64,000 bases of DNA, taken from the NCBI GenBank assembly GCA_963708025.1, contig CAVPSB010000018.1, positions 32,001 to 96,000 of the forward strand, given 5' to 3'. Positions 29,576 through 42,598 of this stretch are shown here, piece by piece. The stretch's first letter is position 1; each line of letters opens with the position of its first letter. Origin of the DNA: an uncultured Candidatus Rokubacteria bacterium (GTDB taxonomy: Bacteria > Methylomirabilota > Methylomirabilia > Rokubacteriales > DASRDR01). Position numbers and translations under genes: made by a program. The notes under the pieces were generated by a model. That model searched no databases and was not told the origin of the DNA. It saw only the letters and a list, made by a program, of their open reading frames with translations.

Positions 29576-32103
29576 TCATCCGTCTGAACGCTCTTCCTCA
29601 CGCGCCCGGGACTTCTCGCTGTCGCCGCGTGAGCCAAGCGTCACGACGAGGCCGAGCGGCAGGAGCGCGAGCAGCGCACCGGCCACGGCCAGCGTCCAAT
29701 CTCCGAAGTGCAGCGGCTCGAGGTGAAGGACGCCCGCGAGCGGCGGCGTCTGCACGAGGACGATCGCGGACGCGACGGTGGCGGCCGACACTAACCAGGC
29801 GGCGGCCGTGCGGAGCCGGCTCAGCGCCGCCGTCAGGAAGCCACTGGCCAGCGCGAGCGTCACCAGCGCCGCCGCCCGTCCGTGCTCCACACCACCGGGC
29901 TCGCTCGCGCTCCGCACGTATGCCAGGATCACCGCCACGGCGATGATCCCGCCGGTCATCGCGATCAGAAGCCAGTCGCCCCCCCGAAACAGGATCGCCC
30001 GCTGCGGCGCCGCCGCTCGCTGGAGCGGGCCAGCGGGCAATTCCTGGAACACGAGCAATGCCGAGGGATGGATGATCAGCTCGACCCAGACGATGTGCAC
30101 CGGCAGGTAGAGCAGCGGGTAGCCGAGCAGAGGAATCGCGAGCGCGGAGACGACGAAGGGCGCATGAATCATCAGGAGATACTGGAAGCTCGTTCTGAGG
30201 TTCGCGAAGAGCTGGCGGCCCTCGCTGATGGCCCGGACGATCGTGCGGAAGTTGTCGTCGAGCAGCACGATCGCCGCCACCTCGCGGGCGCTCCGCGTGC
30301 CACGCTCGCCCATCGCGATGCCGACGTCGGCCGCCTGGAGCGCCGGCACGTCGTTCACCCCGTCGCCGGTCACCGCCACGATCTCGCCGGCCTCTTGGAG
30401 GCCTCGAACGAGCGTCAGCTTCTGGGACGGCGTGGCCCGGGCGATCACGTCGACGCGCTTGAGCTGCTCCAGCTCGCCGCGGGCCGCAAGGTGCTCCATC
30501 TCGTCGCCGGTCACGACGCGCGGCACCGCCCCGCCGAGCCCGATCTCTCGGGCCACCGCGCGCGCCGTCAGCGGATGGTCGCCCGTCACCATGACGACAC
30601 GAATCCCGGCCGCGTGGCATGTGCGGACGGCTTCGGCCACGCCCTCGCGGACCGGATCCTCGAAGGCCAGCAGGCCGGCCAGCCGAAACCCCGCCGTCGG
30701 CTCCTCTCCCGGGCCGGCTCCGGTCTCCACGGGCCGCCAGGCACAGGCGATGACCTTGTGCCCCTCCTCGGCGAGGGCGGCCACCCGATCCAGCACGCGA
30801 GAGCGCTCGGTCTCGACGGCATCGCACATGCCGACGATCGTCTCCGCCGCGCCCTTGGTCACGGCGATGACCGCGCCATCCCCTCGCGAACGATCGCCGT
30901 CTCACGCTTCCGGCTCTCGGTGAACGGGAAGACGGCCAGACGCTCGACGCCCTCCCGGCAGATCTCGATCCGTCCGGCTTCGGCGATGACGGCGAGGTCG
31001 AGCGGATCGCCACTCTCGGCGCGGGAGGCGAGCGCCGCCAGCCGAAGCAGGGCCGCGTCGTCGACGCCGCCCGCGGATCGGAGATGCGTCAGGCGGAGCC
31101 GGCCTTCGGTGATCGTGCCGGTCTTGTCCGAGCAGATGGTCGTGACGCGCCCGATGTTCTCCACGGACACCGCTCGTCGCACCAGCGCCTGGCGTCTCGC
31201 GAGCCGGTAGACGCCCACGCCGAGGAAGAAGGTGAAGACGACGGGGAACTCCTCCGGCATCGCCGCGACGGCGAGCGTCACGGCGCTCACCAGCGCATCG
31301 AGCCAGCCGTAACCCTGGCGGAGGCGGACCCCGGCCAGGATCAGACAGATGACCGCGGCAATGGCGAGAAGCAGCCCGACGAGGTTCTTGATGGCCTCTG
31401 GAGCGGCGTGAGCGCCCGCCGGCCTCGGACGGCCGACTGGACGATCTCACCGTAGAGAGTCTCGGCGCCCGGTGAAGACGACGCGCAGCAGGGCCTCGCC
31501 CGTCAGCAGGCGCGTTCCCGCGAACCCCCAGTGCAGCGTCTCGACCAACGGTTCGTCCCCCGGGCCGACAGGCTCCTGCAGGGGGCGCTTCGGGACGGGG
31601 TATGCCTCGCCGGTCAACGTCGACTCGTCGGCCTGAAGCTCGGATCCGGCGACGACGAGGCCGTCGGCCGGAAAGGGCTGGCCCGACGCGACGACCGCCA
31701 GGTCCCCCGGCACCAACTCCAGCGCGCTCAATTCGACGCGGCTACCGTCACGCACGACCATTGCCCTCGCGGCGAGGCGGGTCCTGAGTCCCTCGGCGGA
31801 GGCCTGACTTCGCCAGTGGAGGAAGGCGTCCATCCCGACGAGTGGTAGGAGAGCGACGAGCAGGGTCAGGGCTTCTGCGAAGTCCCCGATCCCAGCATAG
31901 AGCAGACTCGTCGCACCCAGGAACCAGAGCATCGGATCCTTCGCGGTGTCACGAGCGAGCTCCCGCCAGCGGGCAGGCGGCGCTTCGACGATCGCGTTGG
32001 CGCCGTACCGCTCCCGTCGCTCGCTCGCCTCAGTCGCGGTGAGCCCGCGCTGCGATCCGAGCAGATCGCGTAGCCGCTCGAGCGGGACCGCGCGTCGAGT
32101 CAC
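29576..32103 (-). CDS. Cation-transporting P-type ATPase (several frameshifts)
   Basis: [37 protein letters not shown] spread over several frames. Confidence 0.9.
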
Positions 32104-32527
32104 CGCGTTCCCTCCAGGCCCGCGACTGGATCGCGGGTGATGACCATCGCCTCGTCAGCCCGGATCACGAAGCGCCTATGCGTACCGGCCTCGGCGCCGA
32201 TCACCGGCTCTCGGGCGACCGCGTCCGGTTCCGCTCGGTGTCGAGGGCGAGGCAGCACCACTCCATCTGCTGCCATGTCGACGCGCGCCTCAAGCGAGTG
32301 CTCGCCGGTATTGCCGGACCGCTCGACCCCTGGTGCCACCACATGGACGGCGGACGTGGCACCGGTGAGCCCAAAGGGCCCGAGCTTACCCTCAGTGGCC
32401 AGTAGCCCGACGGTGTCGCCGCTTCGGGAGAACCTCGGCCAGCGGGGGCGAGATGACAGGCCGCGGAAGACAACCAGCACCGTCTCATCATCGGGTTGAG
32501 GCAGGCAGAGATGACGCTCGACGTCCG

Positions 32528-35213
<2,686 letters not shown>

Positions 35214-35636
35214 GGCGGTCGTCTCCCGCTCCACGCCCAATTCCCCCTCAGTCGTGTCGTCGGCTGGCGGCGGAAAAAAACCCTCCTGTGCTCGCGCGCA
35301 AGAGGTCTCGATCCGGGCCCGTCTACATGCCCCGTCGGCGCGCCGGGTCGCCCATGACCGGCGACCGGGTTGGCGGCGTCGCCAAGCTACGCGATCTACT
35401 CCCCTCGAGTGTAGTCGATCCGTGTCCGTGCAAGCCGAGCGCCAACCCGACGACTCCGGGAGGCCCGGGAAGTGCGCGGATCTCAGCCTGATTGCACGCC
35501 TCAGCGCGCGGTGCCGGCCTGGGCTGAGGCGTCGATGCCCCAGTGGTGGCGGCAGGCGCCTCCCGGCGGGCTCGCGGACCCGCGCGACATCAGGCGCGCA
35601 CCAACGGAGTCATGTCAGCAGGCCGTCTCGTCCGCC

Positions 35637-36219
35637 TCATGCCGTCGAGGTGAACGGGGCCTCCAGCCGGGCGAGCACTGCGGCCTCCACCCCCGAGACC
35701 CGTTCACCGAACCCGAGCACACCGCCGCTGGTCTTGGCCACCGCTCGCGCGCGGTCGAGCAAGGCTCGCTTGAGCCGCGCGCGCCCTTCGGAATCGAGTT
35801 GCTCGCACATCCCCTGGACCAGATGAGTCCACGCCGTCAGCAGCTGCGGCGGCGGCTGGCGATCCAACCAGGCCTCGATCATGGCGTGCTCGATCGACCC
35901 GGAGACGAATCCGGCGGCTCCCACCCGCTCCAGCACGGCGCGGCGCTCCGGAGGGTCGAGCACCCCGTCGGCCCAGGCCACCTCCACGAGCGGAACCAGG
36001 GACAGGGCGGCCACCGTCTCGGCGCGAATGCCCAGCTCCATCAGCTTGTCGATGACAGCGCGGCTGGTGACCCCCGAGGCCTTCGCGAGAGCGTCCCGCG
36101 CCGTGTTCGACCGCCTTGAGCCTTCGCAACTGCTCGACCATCGATTGATCCTCGGGGCGGAAGAACTCGTCCTCGAGACTCTGGCCCCGATCGCGCAGCG
36201 GCTCCGGTGCGTGCGACAT
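35637..36219 (-). CDS. Conserved hypothetical protein, TerB-like fold (frameshift near 36105)
   Basis: RGQSLEDEFF.., LVPLVEVAWADGVLDPPER, VAKTSGGVLGFG.RVS..E. Confidence 0.65.
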
Positions 36220-36329
36220 GACGCCCCTCCTTGTTGTGGGATCGTGTGACCCTGCCAACCGCCTCGGGGTCTTCGGACACCGGCGGCGCCACGGGCATGC
36301 GGGATATTGAGGTCACCCGCACAGCCCGC

Positions 36330-36420
36330 TTCCTCGTCCGCGAACTGCTCCGGCGGCTGCGTCTGGGGGAGCCCGACCGGCGGATCGCCCGTGATCCGAG
36401 CATGAGCCGGCACACGGACG
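36330..36420 (+). mobile_element. IS21-family IstA N-terminal HTH remnant
   Basis: VRELLRRLRLGEPDRRIARDPSMSRHT. Confidence 0.6.
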
Positions 36421-36423
36421 GCT

Positions 36424-37785
36424 TCAGCGCGGCTCTCCCGGAGCGCACGGCAGCTCCACGATGACCGCGAGCCCGCGACCGCCGGGACCATCCGCGAAGC
36501 GGACTGTCGCGTCGTGGAGGTCCGCGATGCGCTTGACGATCGAGAGCCCGAGCCCGATGCCCGACTCGCGGCTCCCGGGAAGCCGATGGAAGCGCTGTCC
36601 GAGCCCTGCCCGGTCCGCCGGCGGGACGCCGGGTCCCTGGTCGCTCACCACGAGACGCCCGATCGCGCCGTCCCGGACAACCTCGACCCGCGCGCTCCCA
36701 CCCGCAGCGCCGTAGCGCACGGCGTTGTCGACGAGGTTCCGGACGAGGATCGCCAGCAGCGCCGGAGCCCCGGGGACGACGACCGACGGCCCCTCCACCA
36801 GCTCGAGCTCGATGCCCTTCGCCACCGCCAGCGGCGCGACGTCGGTGAGGACTTGCTTCACCACGTGTCGGAGGTCGCACACCTCGCCGCGCCCGACGGA
36901 CTCGCCGGGGTCGAGCCGCGCGAGCGTGAGGAGCTGCTCGACCGCGCGCGCCGCGCGATCACAGCCCGCCACGATGCTGTCGAGCGCGGCGCGGCGCTCG
37001 CTCTCCCTCGTTGCCGCGCGGGCGACCTCGGCGTGCGCGCGGACGGCGGCGATCGGCGTCCTGAGCTCGTGGGCCGCGTCCGCCGTGAACCGGCGCTCGC
37101 TCTCGATGGACACGCGCACCCGCTCGAGGAGGCGATTCAGGTTGGTCACCAGCGGCGCGACCTCGGCGGGTGGGCTCGTCACCTCGAGCGGCGCCAGGTT
37201 GTTCGGGTCGCGCTGCATGACCTGCGCGCCGAGGCTCGCCAGGGGTCGGGTCCCCCAGCGGATGCCGAGCCACACGAGCAGGCCCAGCAGCGGGAGCGCG
37301 ACGACCATCGGCTTGAGGAGGTTCATGCCGATCGTGGCGGCGAGGCGCTCGCGTGCGGTGCGCTCTTCCCCCACCTGGATCAGGAACCGTTGCTTGTGCC
37401 CCCAGGTGCTGAAGACGCGCCAGCGCCGGCCCCCGACATCGGCGTCGCTGAACCCGTCGAGCCGCTCGGACAGCCGCTCGTTCGGCGCGTCGGCGGAATG
37501 CAGGCGGAGCACCCGTCCCCGCTCCCAGATCTGGAACACGACCCGCTGCCCGTAGCGGTGGACCTTCGGAGCGTGCTCCATCTCGATCTCTTCCAGCTCG
37601 TGGCTCGCCTGCGCCACGAGCAGGGCCGCGGCCTGCACGAGGTGGGCGTCGAGCAGCTCGTCGAGCTCGCGCCGCGCGTCGAGGTAACTCACGACCGCGG
37701 TGGCCAGCCAGATCGCCGCCACCGCCGCGAGCACCCCCGCAAGCAGCCGGCCCTTCATGGAGGCCGGCCTCGGCGCCTCAGTCAT
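36424..37785 (-). CDS. Sensor histidine kinase, QseC/PmrB-like
   Basis: ELLDAHL, 2 TM, FTADAAHELRTP, NLVDNAVRY, DQGPG, GIGLGL. Confidence 0.93.
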   Translation of the reverse strand: MTEAPRPASMKGRLLAGVLAAVAAIWLATAVVSYLDARRELDELLDAHLVQAAALLVAQASHELEEIEMEHAPKVHRYGQRVVFQIWERGRVLRLHSADAPNERLSERLDGFSDADVGGRRWRVFSTWGHKQRFLIQVGEERTARERLAATIGMNLLKPMVVALPLLGLLVWLGIRWGTRPLASLGAQVMQRDPNNLAPLEVTSPPAEVAPLVTNLNRLLERVRVSIESERRFTADAAHELRTPIAAVRAHAEVARAATRESERRAALDSIVAGCDRAARAVEQLLTLARLDPGESVGRGEVCDLRHVVKQVLTDVAPLAVAKGIELELVEGPSVVVPGAPALLAILVRNLVDNAVRYGAAGGSARVEVVRDGAIGRLVVSDQGPGVPPADRAGLGQRFHRLPGSRESGIGLGLSIVKRIADLHDATVRFADGPGGRGLAVIVELPCAPGEPR

Positions 37786-38446
37786 CGTCCTCGCGGGGCA
37801 TCAGGTAGCCGACGCCGCGGATGGTGCGGATCAGCGCCGGCGCGAGCTTGCGCCGCAGGTGGTGGACGTGCACCTCCACCGCGTTGCTCTCGATCTCCCG
37901 CCCCCACGGGTAGAGTCGCTCCTCGAGCTGCTCGCGGGACAGGACGCGCCCCGCGTTCAGCATGAGCGCGTGCAGCAGCGAGAACTCGCGCGCGGAGAGC
38001 TCGACGGGCCTGCCGCGGAACACCACGCGATGCGCGGCGGGGTCGAGCTCGAGCTCCCCGCGGCGCAGCGCCGGTGCCGCCTCGCCGCTCGCGCGCCGGA
38101 TCAACGCCCGGAGCCGCGCCGCCAGCTCGGCGAGGTCCACGGGCTTGACGACGTAATCGTCGGCGCCGGCGTCGAGCCCGGTGACGCGATCGTCCACGGC
38201 GTCGCGGGCCGTGAGGATCAGCACGGGCACCTTGCTGCGGCGCGCGCGAAGGCGACGCAGCACCGTGAGGCCGCCCAGCCCCGGCAGCCCGAGGTCGAGC
38301 ACCACGGCCGCGATCGGCTCGGCCTCGAGCAGGTCGAGCGCGTCGGGGCCGTCCCGGACCCAGTCCACCGCGAAGCCCGCCTGAGCGAGTCCGGCGCGGA
38401 TGCCGTCACCGAGCAACGCATCGTCCTCGACCAGGAGCACCCGCAT
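37778..38446 (-). CDS. OmpR-family response regulator, QseB/PmrA-like
   Basis: LLVEDD, LDLGLP, LTARD, GADDY.VKP, SNAVEVHVHHLRRKL, TIRGVGY. Confidence 0.95.
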   Translation of the reverse strand: MRVLLVEDDALLGDGIRAGLAQAGFAVDWVRDGPDALDLLEAEPIAAVVLDLGLPGLGGLTVLRRLRARRSKVPVLILTARDAVDDRVTGLDAGADDYVVKPVDLAELAARLRALIRRASGEAAPALRRGELELDPAAHRVVFRGRPVELSAREFSLLHALMLNAGRVLSREQLEERLYPWGREIESNAVEVHVHHLRRKLAPALIRTIRGVGYLMPREDDD

Positions 38447-38452
38447 CGCCGC

Positions 38453-39160
38453 TCAGTCGTCCTCCGAGTGCGCGGCGCGGGTTGCGCTCTCCTGGGCGAC
38501 CTTCGCGCCGCCTCGCCCGACGCCGGGAAGCGAGACGACGTCGAGCCAGAGCGCAAGGACCAGCGCGGCGAGCCCTGCGCCGACGAGCCATCGCGACCGC
38601 GGAATGCCGTCGCTCGCCGCACCGCGCTTTCTCCCCGTGATCATCGCTCCGACCAGATTCTCCCGGTGCAGCACGCTGCTCAGGACCACGCCGGCGACGT
38701 GCACGCCAACCGTGGCGAGCAGCGTCCACGCGAGCGCGGCGTGCGCGTCTTCGAGCCACTTGCCGCCAATGTCGTTGGACGTGGCGGAGCCGGTGACCCC
38801 GACGAGGACGCCGAGACTCAGCATCAGCCAGATCGCCCAGCTGCCGGCTGGAGTGTGACCCAGGTGGCGCGCGGCCGACGATTCCAGTGTGGCGAGCGAC
38901 GCGAGGTAACGCAAGACCGCGCGCGGCCCGAAGGCGAACGCGCCGAACCGCGCGTAGCGAGTCCCCACCACCCCCCACACGAGCCGGAACGCGATCAGGA
39001 CCAGCATCGTGGCGCCGAACGTCACGTGCAGATCGCGGTGGCGCTCCGAATCGGCGGTGACGAACGCCCCGGCGAACGAGAGCACGAGCAGCCAGTGGAA
39101 GAGCCGGGTCGGAACGTCCCAGACCAGGATCGTTCGCGGACGGCCGCCGGCGGCCCTCAT
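38453..39160 (-). CDS. Cytochrome b/b6-domain membrane protein
   Basis: VWDVPTRLFHW, FRLVWGVVGTRYARF, GHTPAG, HVAGV, ENLVGAMITG. Confidence 0.92.
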   Translation of the reverse strand: MRAAGGRPRTILVWDVPTRLFHWLLVLSFAGAFVTADSERHRDLHVTFGATMLVLIAFRLVWGVVGTRYARFGAFAFGPRAVLRYLASLATLESSAARHLGHTPAGSWAIWLMLSLGVLVGVTGSATSNDIGGKWLEDAHAALAWTLLATVGVHVAGVVLSSVLHRENLVGAMITGRKRGAASDGIPRSRWLVGAGLAALVLALWLDVVSLPGVGRGGAKVAQESATRAAHSEDD

Positions 39161-39627
39161 CTCGGCAGCCTCACGCCGTGCTCATCGTAGTCGCCGCTCT
39201 CCGCGGCGCGATGGCACGCCGCGCAGTTCGCGGGGCTCTTGACGCCGGCGTGCGCCCACACGGCGGCGGGAACCTCGCGGTGCTCGCGGCGAAACCACGC
39301 CGTGTCGGTGATGCGGGTCGTCGCCGCGACCCCCCGATCCCGTCCGGCGTACTGCTCCAGGAACGACTTCACCTGGGCGGCGGTGTTCGGGTCGAGCGAG
39401 GCGTCGGTGCCGAAGTGCTTGTCGAGACTTCCCATGATCGCCTGCCACGAGCGGGCCGGCAGGAGCTGCGGCGGATACGCCAGGTGGCACGCGCCGCACT
39501 CGGTCTTCCAGGTGGCGTTGGTGGTCACCGCAAGGCGCCCGTCGGCGCGGGCCGATGTCGTGGGCTGGATGACGAGCACCGCCAGGATCGACGCGCACGC
39601 CGCGACGAGAACCGGTACGTTCTTCAT
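39157..39627 (-). CDS. Diheme cytochrome c (DHC family)
   Basis: ECGACHLAYPP.LLP, HFGTDASL, WF.REH, NCAACH; signal peptide. Confidence 0.93.
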   Translation of the reverse strand: MKNVPVLVAACASILAVLVIQPTTSARADGRLAVTTNATWKTECGACHLAYPPQLLPARSWQAIMGSLDKHFGTDASLDPNTAAQVKSFLEQYAGRDRGVAATTRITDTAWFRREHREVPAAVWAHAGVKSPANCAACHRAAESGDYDEHGVRLPR

Positions 39628-39634
39628 GAGGGCC

Positions 39635-40054
39635 TCACTTCCCAAGCGACAGGAGCCATGCGAGCACGTCACCCTTCTCGAGCGCCGTGCAGCTCCGTCC
39701 GAGGACGTCGTTGCAGTTGCGCTTGAACCACTTGTCGACACTCGCGGGATCGGTGAACCGCTCGGGGTTCGCCACCGGTGCCAGGGGGGCGAGCGTCTTG
39801 CCGGTCTTCGCGTGTCGCCCCACCTGGCGAGGATCCGCCGTGTGACAGGTCGCGCAGCTCCAGTCGCTGCCGTGCACGGCCTTGAAGAACTGCTGCCCGC
39901 GCTGGCCGGAGAAACCGGAAAACGCCGGGCTGGCCTGCCGAGCTTCCGCCTCGAGGGCTCGCTGGATGTCGAGCGGCGACGCGGCTGACGCGAGCGCGCT
40001 CCCGCCGAGGATCCAGCCCGTGACGATCATGCTTCCGAGTGTCGCTGTCCGCAT
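39635..40054 (-). CDS. Sphaeroides heme protein-like cytochrome c (DUF1924)
   Basis: SCATCH, GRHAKTGK, KWFKRNCNDVLGRSC..EKGD. Confidence 0.9.
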   Translation of the reverse strand: MRTATLGSMIVTGWILGGSALASAASPLDIQRALEAEARQASPAFSGFSGQRGQQFFKAVHGSDWSCATCHTADPRQVGRHAKTGKTLAPLAPVANPERFTDPASVDKWFKRNCNDVLGRSCTALEKGDVLAWLLSLGK

Positions 40055-40089
40055 GGTGACCTCCCAGTCGATGTGTGCCATCGAGAGGA

Positions 40090-40122
40090 AGGCTAGGGCC
40101 GCCGCCTTAACGGCCGCTTAAG
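40090..40122 (-). promoter_or_regulatory. PmrA/QseB-type box plus -10 element for the shp-dhc-cytb operon
   Basis: Minus strand CTTAAG-N5-GTTAAG, then TAGCCT 10 bp downstream. Confidence 0.7.
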
Positions 40123-40299
40123 CGGATCACCGCTCGCTCCCGGACAGTACTCTCTCGATTTCGGTGAGGCCGTCCGGTCGGAAGGGAACACTGTGTCAAC
40201 CAGTGGCCGACGTCTACCGGGTTTGCAGGGTGAGGGCTGGCAGCGTGGCGTGGCAGCGAACTGGTAACTGGCCGACTCCTGAAGGTGTGTCTACCCCCG

Positions 40300-40341
40300 T
40301 TACAAGGCTGGGGTCGCAGGTTCGAGCCCTGCTCCGCCTAC
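40300..40341 (+). pseudogene. 3' half of tRNA-Val(TAC), right attachment site of island B
   Basis: TTACAAGGCTGGGGTCGCAGGTTCGAGCCCTGCTCCGCCTAC, one mismatch to the intact gene, no CCA. Confidence 0.92.
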
Positions 40342-40479
40342 GGCCCGTTTCCACGACTTCCCGGCCATTTCGGGGGAGTCGTCCGTCGGCCGCCAAAGGA
40401 CAGAAGAGGCCACGAACGGACAGCGCCGTGGCAATGGCCGTGGTGATCGGGAGATGCGGTCGTTGACCGAAGGCCGAGG

Positions 40480-40896
40480 CTACGCCGGCGGCCGCCGCGC
40501 CAGCGCCGCCCGGACGGCCTGCACCACCGCCTCGAGCGACTGCGGCTTCGGCAGGCGGCCGACGATGTTGAGCCCGTGGTCGGACACGGGTTCCTCGTCG
40601 AGGAAGCCCGAGATGATGAGCACGGGGGTCTGCGAGAGGGCTGGAGTAAGGCGGACTCGCTGCAACACCCCATCACCGCCGAGCCCAGGCATCCGGAGGT
40701 CCAGGATCATCAGGTCCGGGAGCACGGACCGCATCAGATCGAAGGCCTCCCCGCCCTCGCGGGCGGCCACCGTCCGAAAGCCCGTCCGCCGCAACGCGGC
40801 CGCCCACACCTCGACGACGACCGGATCATCATCCGCGATCAGGATCCAGGGCGGCAGCAGCCTCACGGGGGCCGGCCCGGCGCTCTCCGCCAGCAT
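40480..40896 (-). CDS. Single-domain response regulator (receiver)
   Basis: ILIADDD, LMILDLRMP, IISG, KP; start uncertain (40974 possible). Confidence 0.85.
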   Translation of the reverse strand: MLAESAGPAPVRLLPPWILIADDDPVVVEVWAAALRRTGFRTVAAREGGEAFDLMRSVLPDLMILDLRMPGLGGDGVLQRVRLTPALSQTPVLIISGFLDEEPVSDHGLNIVGRLPKPQSLEAVVQAVRAALARRPPA

Positions 40897-41384
40897 GGGT
40901 CGCGCCAGCCCGGCGAGGGGAGAGCGGCCGCCAGGCTCGCGATCGACGGGGGCGGCGGCGCTGGCGGCCATCATGGGAACGTGGGGTCAGGGTAGCGGGT
41001 TTCCCCGCGGCCGACAAGCGGGGGCTTTCCACCAGACGATCATCAACGGCAGGCAGCGGGTGTGACTGGCGCGCGTGATCTACCAGGGGGCGCCGCCGGG
41101 CGAAGGTCTGCCGCAGGAAGGACCTACTCTCTGCCTTTCCCCTTCCATTTCGCGTGACCCGGAGGGCCCCCCTTCTCGGCATGCTTCAGGTGCCCCGGCG
41201 GAGCTTGTAGTACTGGCCCGGGGACGGCGACGATCGCGCGAGGCAGCTTGACGAAGGGGATGGGCGTCCACGGGCCTCACCATGGGAGTGGGCTTTTCGC
41301 GCGCCCGCCCGTCCGTTCCCGTGGGAACGGGGAGGGTTGGACTGCTTCGAGGACGAGCTACGCGGGACGGGGTGGAGGCCGGCG

Positions 41385-41765
41385 CTACGCCGGCCTCCGC
41401 ACCAGCGCCGCCCGGACGGCGTCCAGCATCGCGGTCAGCGCCTGCGGCTTCTGCAGGCGGCCCACGATGTTGAGCCCTTGGCCGGACGCGTGCACTTCAT
41501 CCGAAAAGCCCGAGCTGATCAGCACCGGGATCCGGGAGAGGTCCGACTTCTGGCGGATCTGCTGCAGCACCTCGTTGCCGCTGAGACCGGGCATGCGGAG
41601 GTCGAGGATCATCAGGTCGGGGAGGACCTTCGGTATCAGTCGGAGCGCCTCGCGGCCATCACGGGCCTGGACGGTTTTGTACCCCGCCTGGTTGAGCGCT
41701 TCGGCCCAGACCTCACGGATGACGGGATCGTCGTCGGCGACGAGGATCCACTTCATGGCATCCAC
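41385..41765 (-). CDS. Single-domain response regulator, paralog of 40480-40896
   Basis: ILVADDD, LMILDLRMP, GLNIVGRLQKPQ. Confidence 0.88.
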   Translation of the reverse strand: MDAMKWILVADDDPVIREVWAEALNQAGYKTVQARDGREALRLIPKVLPDLMILDLRMPGLSGNEVLQQIRQKSDLSRIPVLISSGFSDEVHASGQGLNIVGRLQKPQALTAMLDAVRAALVRRPA

Positions 41766-41836
41766 GGTACGAGCGGCAGCCGGTGGCAGTCAAGAAAATG
41801 CCCCGGCCCGGCCCGCGCCGGCCCGTGAATAGCTTC

Positions 41837-42490
41837 TCAAGTGGGAAAGGAGGACCGAGCGGCCGGCCCGACCCCGTCGGCGATGACGCCGAGGGCGGTC
41901 TCGACCGCCCGGAGCGCCAGGGCGAAATCTAGGCTGGGCTGGTCGAGCCTGCTCGACGCGACCATCGCCGGCAGGAGCGGCACGTGAACGAAGCCGGCCC
42001 GCGTGGCGGCCCCCCGGCGCTCGATCTCGTGGAGCGTCGCGTACAGGGTCTGGTTACAGAGGTAGGTCCCGGCGGTGTCGGACATGTAGGCCGGGATGCC
42101 CTCGGCCGTGAGCGCGGCCAGGATGCCGGGCAGCGGCAGCGTGGTGAAGTAGGCAGCCGGGCCGCCCGGGACGCACGGCTCACCGTCGGCGCGATAGCCG
42201 GCGTTGTCCGGAATCCGGTAGGCCATCACGTTCAGGGCGACGCGCTCGAGGGCCACCCGGGCGCGTCCCTCGGCGAGTCCGAGGTGGAGGACGGCCGCCG
42301 GCGCCAGGTCGGCCAGCAGCGCCCGCGCCCCGGCCGCCGCCTCGACGTGGTGGACCGGCAGCACCGCGCTCTCCACCCGGCAGCCGCCGACGCGCCGGCC
42401 GGCGACGGCCTTGGCGAGGTCGGCGGAGGGATTGACGGCGTGGCTGCCGAACGGCTCGAAGCCGGTGACGAGGATGACGGGGTCTGACAC
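41837..42490 (-). CDS. pcp: Pyroglutamyl-peptidase I
   Basis: ILVTGFEPFG..NPS, LERVALN, AGTYLCN, GFVHVP. Confidence 0.93.
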   Translation of the reverse strand: MSDPVILVTGFEPFGSHAVNPSADLAKAVAGRRVGGCRVESAVLPVHHVEAAAGARALLADLAPAAVLHLGLAEGRARVALERVALNVMAYRIPDNAGYRADGEPCVPGGPAAYFTTLPLPGILAALTAEGIPAYMSDTAGTYLCNQTLYATLHEIERRGAATRAGFVHVPLLPAMVASSRLDQPSLDFALALRAVETALGVIADGVGPAARSSFPT

Positions 42491-42598
42491 GACGTGCCCT
42501 CCTGGCCGCGCGCGGGCCGTGCGGTCACTATACGTCCGGACGGCCCCCAATGACCATCGTTTGCCCGCCCTTTCGCGAGGGCGTACAGTAACTTCGCC

